A stretch of DNA of 64,000 nt from IMG/VR virus record IMGVR_UViG_3300043409_002109, positions 32,001-96,000 of that record; one strand, written 5' to 3'. The stretch is from a virus. The position numbers and the translations under genes are program-made. The notes below the pieces were generated by a model. It was not told where the DNA came from. It searched no databases and worked only from the letters and a program-made list of their open reading frames with translations. This document shows, one piece after another, positions 59,331 to 64,000 of this stretch; within the stretch, counting starts at the first letter, position 1; each line of letters starts with the position of its first letter.

Positions 59331-61493
59331 TTAACCTTTATATATGTCTATAGTATCTGCAAATATTTCAATGATTGGAGCTTCTTGAGAAACTTTACCT
59401 GAGACTTTTATTAAATCTTTTACCTCTGGTAGTGCTCGGTATTTAATAATTTGAGCATAACTTCTAGGGAATAGAATTATCTTTGCAGTTGCTGTGCCAT
59501 CGCCTATTTCTAGAATAGCCATAGGTTGGCCTTTTTTTGTTTTCATATCTCTTACTTCTATTACCATTCCGCAAACCACTGCGTTAACACCTTCAAAGAC
59601 GTTAACTAAAGCTTCTGCTTCGGAGTAGATCATTCGTGCAGGGTGTCTCCCTAAGAAGCACCCTATGTATTCTTGTTGAATCATCATTTGATGTAAGGTG
59701 ATAGGTATTTTACTATGTCTCTCTAGGGTTGGCATAGTAGGAAACTCTTTTTCTTTTAAGCTAACTTTCTTTCGAAGGTTTGAAGTTGTTTCTAAGAACT
59801 CTAACTCTTCTGCTGTAAGTTCTCTATCCTTCTTTCTTGCCTCTATCTTTTTAAGTTCAGTTCGGCGCGCGATCAAGGGCTCCAGTTCAAGATTCTCTTT
59901 TTCTCTGATTTTAATCTCTGCTTTTCTTTCATAAAATTCTTGGAGTTCTGTTTTGAAATCATAGAGTTTATGCATTTGAGCAAGTAGGTCTTGTCTGAGG
60001 TAGCCCATAGTATCGAAGGCTCCTGCATTCACTAGAGATTCAAAGACTTTGGTATTTATTTTCTGGGTATTTACTCTTTCAATGAAATCGTTAATATCTT
60101 TAAAAGGGAGTTTACCTCTAGCTGATATGATTGCTTGAGAAGCGGTCTTACCGCAAGAACGGATACCGTTCAACCCAAAATATATTTCTCCCTCGGCCAC
60201 AATATGAAAGCCAAGGTAAGATTTCTGTACTGAGGGCGGTGAGATTCTAATTCCTAATTCTCTTGCTTCAATAATATATTCAGGAGCTTTGGCGGCCCAA
60301 TCTTTAGGCATCATATCTTCTGATCTTACGCTCATTAAAGAGCAAAAGAATTCAGTAGGATAGTTCGCTTTAAAGTAGGCACAGAGGTAGGAAACGTAAC
60401 TGTAGGCTACGGCATGTGATTTGTTAAATAAATATTCTCCGCACCCAAGAATAATTGCCCAGAGATAATCTATCTGATGATCGTTGAGCCCATATCTTTG
60501 ACAACCTTTTTTAAAGGGCTCTGTTATAGTGGCGAGGTATTTGAGATCTTTCTTCCCTATCGCTCTTCTGGCTAAATCGGAATCAACTAGGTCTAGCCCT
60601 GCTATTTCTACGAACAATAGCATGAGCTGTTCTTGGTAGACCAATACATTCCTTGTGTCTTTCCAAAGGGTTTGAATCGCTTCAGGTATTTCGGGATCAG
60701 GATCATTGTTTAGATACCTATCTAGGAATCCTGCTGATGATGGCCCAGGCCGAACAAGTGATGTTATATCACTCAGCTCTCCTATACTTTTAGGCTGAGC
60801 TTGCAATGAGGCGCGTTTGATAGAAGCTGATTCTTCGAACTGGAACACTCCAGTCAAGTGACCATCAGCAAATAATTTATAAGCTTTTGGATCTCCGTCA
60901 GGAACAGTATAAATATCGTATACCTTATTGTGTCGCTCGCGTATAAGTTTCACACATCTCTTTAGGATATCTAAGTTCTTGATAACCAGGAAGTCGAATT
61001 TAATGAGACCTTGAGCTTCGGTATCTCCCATTTCAAACTGAGTTATTCTTTCATAGTCTTTATTTCTCCAGACAGGAACGTGATTCGCTATAGGAGTATT
61101 GTTTATCACCATGCCAGCCGCGTGAACCCCATAGTTAGATACCATACCTTCTAACTGGTAACAGAAATCATGCCAATCTTTATATTTGCCGATAGTGAGT
61201 TCAGGTTGCTCTGGGTAATTTTTGTCTGGATTACCTTCTATGATTTCTTTGAATGTGGCTTCTTTCCCGAATAAGGGTGGCGGTATTTTTCCCAGGATTG
61301 TTTGCATGAGACTATAATGGGTCTCTCTCTCAGCAGGGTTCTCTGGCTCGGTTAGTTTGAAGTAGCGGCGCGTTAAGCTCTTAGTCCCGAATGTTCCTTG
61401 AGTACCTATGTTAGCTACATTGTCGCGGCCCCACTCTTCTACTATCCATTCTAGGACTTTCTCTCGACCTTCTCCATCAAAGTCCATGTCAAT
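59331..61493 (-). CDS. dnaE: DNA polymerase III alpha (DnaE), exon 2
   Basis: IDMDF, HAAGMVI, KFDFL, GVFQFE, RPGP, VYQEQLM, FNKSHAVAY, GLNGIR (HhH), AGAFD and a C-terminal OB fold. Confidence 0.92.
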   Translation of the reverse strand: MDMDFDGEGREKVLEWIVEEWGRDNVANIGTQGTFGTKSLTRRYFKLTEPENPAERETHYSLMQTILGKIPPPLFGKEATFKEIIEGNPDKNYPEQPELTIGKYKDWHDFCYQLEGMVSNYGVHAAGMVINNTPIANHVPVWRNKDYERITQFEMGDTEAQGLIKFDFLVIKNLDILKRCVKLIRERHNKVYDIYTVPDGDPKAYKLFADGHLTGVFQFEESASIKRASLQAQPKSIGELSDITSLVRPGPSSAGFLDRYLNNDPDPEIPEAIQTLWKDTRNVLVYQEQLMLLFVEIAGLDLVDSDLARRAIGKKDLKYLATITEPFKKGCQRYGLNDHQIDYLWAIILGCGEYLFNKSHAVAYSYVSYLCAYFKANYPTEFFCSLMSVRSEDMMPKDWAAKAPEYIIEARELGIRISPPSVQKSYLGFHIVAEGEIYFGLNGIRSCGKTASQAIISARGKLPFKDINDFIERVNTQKINTKVFESLVNAGAFDTMGYLRQDLLAQMHKLYDFKTELQEFYERKAEIKIREKENLELEPLIARRTELKKIEARKKDRELTAEELEFLETTSNLRKKVSLKEKEFPTMPTLERHSKIPITLHQMMIQQEYIGCFLGRHPARMIYSEAEALVNVFEGVNAVVCGMVIEVRDMKTKKGQPMAILEIGDGTATAKIILFPRSYAQIIKYRALPEVKDLIKVSGKVSQEAPIIEIFADTIDIYKG

Positions 61494-61781
61494 CGTTGTG
61501 TTTGGATAGATCGTTATTCTATCACTCTGTATATTTCTATACAGACCAGACTATATCATCACCCTTTTCAGGGTGTCACACACTTCGACCTCACTTAAGG
61601 CCTACTCCCGCTCCCGGGATAGTCGTTGAACCTTCAAGAATATTTCTATTCAAGCTCGGCTGCTGATTGCCCAATCCTGAAGATTATTACTCGGTGAGTA
61701 CTTCAGGCTCTAAGGGGTTTCCAGCAATTCGTGTAATTTTTCGAATATCCTTTTCGGATATAAGGGACTGTGCATATCGCA
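61494..61781 (-). ncRNA. group I self-splicing intron (IA2-like, no ORF), 288 nt
   Basis: Core elements P AATTGCTGGAAA, Q AATCAGCAG, R TTCAACGACTA and S GATATAGTCT. The 5' exon ends in U, pairing with IGS GUCC, and the intron ends in G. Removal restores the in-frame PPD-IDMDF. Confidence 0.92.
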
Positions 61782-62033
61782 ATCCGGAGGACTTCCGCCA
61801 GTACTCTCTGATCGTTCCTTTTTTAGATCAATAGAATCTGTTAATCCGCTTGTATATAGCAATAAGCTATTGTAAGGATTAGCTTTAAAGAATTTATTTT
61901 CTTTAATGCATTTAAGGATGAATTCTAGATCACTATCTTTTGCTTTCTCTAACTCGAAAGACAAGAAATCTAAATCTACTTCATCTATTCGCTCTGTATA
62001 AAGACACTCTTTAACCTGTTGTCTTAGGTTCAT
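61782..62033 (-). CDS. dnaE: DnaE exon 1 (84 aa); spliced product 804 aa without PHP domain
   Basis: GGAG RBS; NSLLLYTSGLTD (compare GSLVAYALGITD) and ...GGSPPD. Confidence 0.85.
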
Positions 62034-62060
62034 TTAATACTCCGTGACCGGGTTGTTAAC

Positions 62061-62089
62061 TTGCAGAAACTGCAAATTTAATTGATAAT
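62061..62089 (+). promoter_or_regulatory. possible sigma70-type promoter overlapped by a palindrome in the divergent intergenic region
   Basis: TTGCAG-17nt-GATAAT; inverted repeat TTGCAG-AAA-CTGCAA at 62061-62075. Confidence 0.35.
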
Positions 62090-62136
62090 TCTTTTAGAAG
62101 ACCGGGCTTGATGCCCATTACCTTATGGATGAGAAC

Positions 62137-62550
62137 ATGGCTACTTATACTTCTGTTGCAAAAGTGCACCCTAGTTCGGCGCGGGTACTTTCAATTGCTG
62201 ATGTTAGCGACGGCGATCGAATTGACTTTATTGAGGCCTTAGGTCGCCCAGCCAGAAAGGTCCAGTTCTACATGACTGATGCCGCTGATGAGGTAGGGTA
62301 CACTCTTAACTCATTAAAGAAACTACGCACTGGACGTGAACACGAGATAGTTCTGTCTCAAGCAGAGCGATTCTTTGGAACCTACAACACAGAAGTTGTT
62401 GAGGTATGGTCAGGGGCAGCCTCCTTTCCGAGCCTTACTAGCACTGGCGCAACTACCTTAGAAACTGCTGATGGTATTTCTATTCACAGTATTCAGATTG
62501 ATTCCTTGACTCTTTCTGTTGGAACTACAATTTCAATCGTGGTGTGGTAA
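62137..62550 (+). CDS. hypothetical, probably virion protein
   Basis: Beta-rich; TAATG-coupled to the Gly-rich gene. Start 62137 preferred over 62125. Confidence 0.5.
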   Translation: MATYTSVAKVHPSSARVLSIADVSDGDRIDFIEALGRPARKVQFYMTDAADEVGYTLNSLKKLRTGREHEIVLSQAERFFGTYNTEVVEVWSGAASFPSLTSTGATTLETADGISIHSIQIDSLTLSVGTTISIVVW

Positions 62551-63506
62551 TGCCAGGGCCTATGTCTTTGAGTACGCTGCTTCGTAGTCAAATATCAACA
62601 GTATCTAATACTGTTGATACGTTAGCTGTTGATGCTGCTGAGATTATTGTAAATGACCCCTATGCTTGGGGGACCGGAGCAGATGGTAATATCTCATTAG
62701 ATGGTATAACTACTGTTACTATTGGTGGGGTAAGTCATGCACCGTCAGGAAGCACTTATACTTTGACTCGGCCTTTGAACGCTAGAGTGCTTACTATTAG
62801 CAATGGTGTAGCTTTAAATTCTTCAGGCTTCTTAGTCCATTGTTGGGAATTAGCAGGTACCGGTACTATAAAAGATCGAGGAGCTAATGCCTCTGGCGGT
62901 ACAGCGGGGATGGGTCTTACTGCGAGTGGGACGACTCAAAGAACTTCTGGTAACGGTGGGGCTGGGGTATCTTCACCTGGCGCTGGTCAAGCGGGTTCAG
63001 CAATCACTAGCGCCCTTGGTGGTGGAGGAATGTCTGGAGGCACCGCAGGTGCTAACCCTGGTGGTGGAGGGGGCTCTCCAACTGTGCCTACTGCAGCTGT
63101 AGGGTTTCCTTCTTCTTCGATCTCTACTTGGGCGTTTCTAAAAGGTGTCAATGGTACTGCTTACGCAGGTGGTTCCGGTGGTGGTTCAGGGGCTATCGCT
63201 GTTGGCGCCTCTGGAACTTCTGGTGGCGGTGGTGGCGGTGGTGGGGTGATAGGTGTATTCGCACGGAAATCAGTAAGTACCATTACGATTAACGTCGGTG
63301 GGGGTAACGGGGGGAATGGGACTTCCAGCAGTGGTCAGGTCGGTGGTGGCGGTGGTGGTGGCGGTGGGTATGTTCTTTGCGTATACAAGGATGGCGCAGC
63401 TCCCACCATTACTGTGGGTGGCGGTACCGCTGGCTCTGCTGCTGGAGGCGCGAGCGCTGCTTCGAACGGTTCTTCTGGCAGCAGCACTGTAATACAGATG
63501 TCTTAG
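62550..63506 (+). CDS. glycine-rich virion/fibre protein
   Basis: WGTGADG followed by poly-Gly tracts (GGGGGGGGVI, GGGGGGGGGYV), typical of phage Gly-rich domains. Confidence 0.65.
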   Translation: MPGPMSLSTLLRSQISTVSNTVDTLAVDAAEIIVNDPYAWGTGADGNISLDGITTVTIGGVSHAPSGSTYTLTRPLNARVLTISNGVALNSSGFLVHCWELAGTGTIKDRGANASGGTAGMGLTASGTTQRTSGNGGAGVSSPGAGQAGSAITSALGGGGMSGGTAGANPGGGGGSPTVPTAAVGFPSSSISTWAFLKGVNGTAYAGGSGGGSGAIAVGASGTSGGGGGGGGVIGVFARKSVSTITINVGGGNGGNGTSSSGQVGGGGGGGGGYVLCVYKDGAAPTITVGGGTAGSAAGGASAASNGSSGSSTVIQMS

Positions 63507-63535
63507 GCTGGCAGCCTATCCCCCTTATTCAGTCG

Positions 63536-64000
63536 TTATGAGGCTGCTTTAAGCATTAGTCCGTCTGCTACTGCTGATGTATCCGTGCTTATGCAATGGT
63601 ATAGATCCGTAGCGCCGCTACGGATTGTCTTACCGCTCTGGAAGGACCCCGAGGGATAGATTCCGCGCAACATTCCCATCCGGGAACCGTTAGGCGATAC
63701 AGATCCGGAGTTGCGGTGGAAGGCCATAAGGTCCCCTACGAACATCCCGGCTGGAGTCGTGGTAGCTGCCACTGCAGTGCCTGCCTGCATCGTGTGCTTC
63801 CGGCCACCCGTGTATAGGGTGGAGGTCCCCGGTTGCCACACCATCCCGTGACAGGCTCCAGCTGTGGTGCCGTGGCCAAAAGGGGCTTGTGTAGCATTCG
63901 AATTGAGCCACGCATTAGTCATGATCCCGCTTCCACCCGTAGCCCACATTCCGTAGAGTCGATCGTCTGTCTCCGCGTCAAGCCCCCCGCTTGCAGCGTT
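63536..64000 (-). CDS. 5'-partial protein, possibly virion/fibre component
   Basis: The frame is open to the window edge (NAASGGLDAETDDRLYGMWATGG...); GC-rich. Confidence 0.5.
   Translation of the reverse strand, partial: NAASGGLDAETDDRLYGMWATGGSGIMTNAWLNSNATQAPFGHGTTAGACHGMVWQPGTSTLYTGGRKHTMQAGTAVAATTTPAGMFVGDLMAFHRNSGSVSPNGSRMGMLRGIYPSGSFQSGKTIRSGATDLYHCISTDTSAVADGLMLKAAS

Noticed and set aside
50297-61781. GIY-YIG endonuclease mobilising the dnaE intron (collaborative homing)
   Set aside because: The genes are 10 kb apart, and the local evidence points to thyX as the target.
61710-62033. 107-aa ORF as an independent gene, or an intein-split dnaE
   Set aside because: Its last 23 codons are intron sequence. 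The Cys after PPD is coincidental: there is no intein C-terminal HN motif, and the group I RNA core is clear.
63160-63430. GGT/GGC tandem repeats as a DNA repeat element
   Set aside because: Explained by poly-glycine coding.
1-64000. Stop-codon reassignment
   Set aside because: Long ORFs are intact in the standard code, and TAA, TAG and TGA all end genes at tight junctions.
1-64000. tRNA or rRNA genes
   Set aside because: No cloverleaf or rRNA-like segments noticed, and intergenic space is minimal. A tRNAscan run would be needed for certainty.

Overview
The window looks like a 64-kb segment of a large tailed phage with a contractile tail (myovirus, probably jumbo). Positions 1-40.5 kb form one tightly coupled + strand virion module: a tape-measure-like protein, a 1738-aa protein, a 3014-aa hub/M23 peptidase, gp25-like and J-like baseplate proteins, many wedge/fibre proteins and a GT9 glycosyltransferase. 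It converges at a hairpin terminator with a - strand replication/early module (40.5-62 kb): sigma-like protein, Holliday junction resolvase, ClpP, two Cas4-like proteins, DEDDh exonuclease, ThyX, GIY-YIG endonuclease, primase-helicase, GMPR/IMPDH, phosphoesterase and DnaE. Three highlights were read directly from the sequence. (1) The 1738-aa protein between the tape measure and the hub carries, in the correct order, the catalytic motifs of a single-chain two-barrel RNA polymerase (SEGSG, K..K, RNP, AAYQDNDGDQ, TGKVNN, EQTTIKSK). It also has hydrophobic ends and a C-terminus resembling that of the tape-measure-like protein, so it is a candidate virion-injected RNAP. (2) A 288-nt group I intron splits dnaE exactly in the PD/IDMDF active-site motif. 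(3) A free-standing GIY-YIG gene appears to have inserted into the 5' end of thyX, orphaning the old N-terminus, bringing its own sigma70-type promoter and supplying a recoded replacement N-terminus. All calls are by-eye motif recognition; no searches were run.
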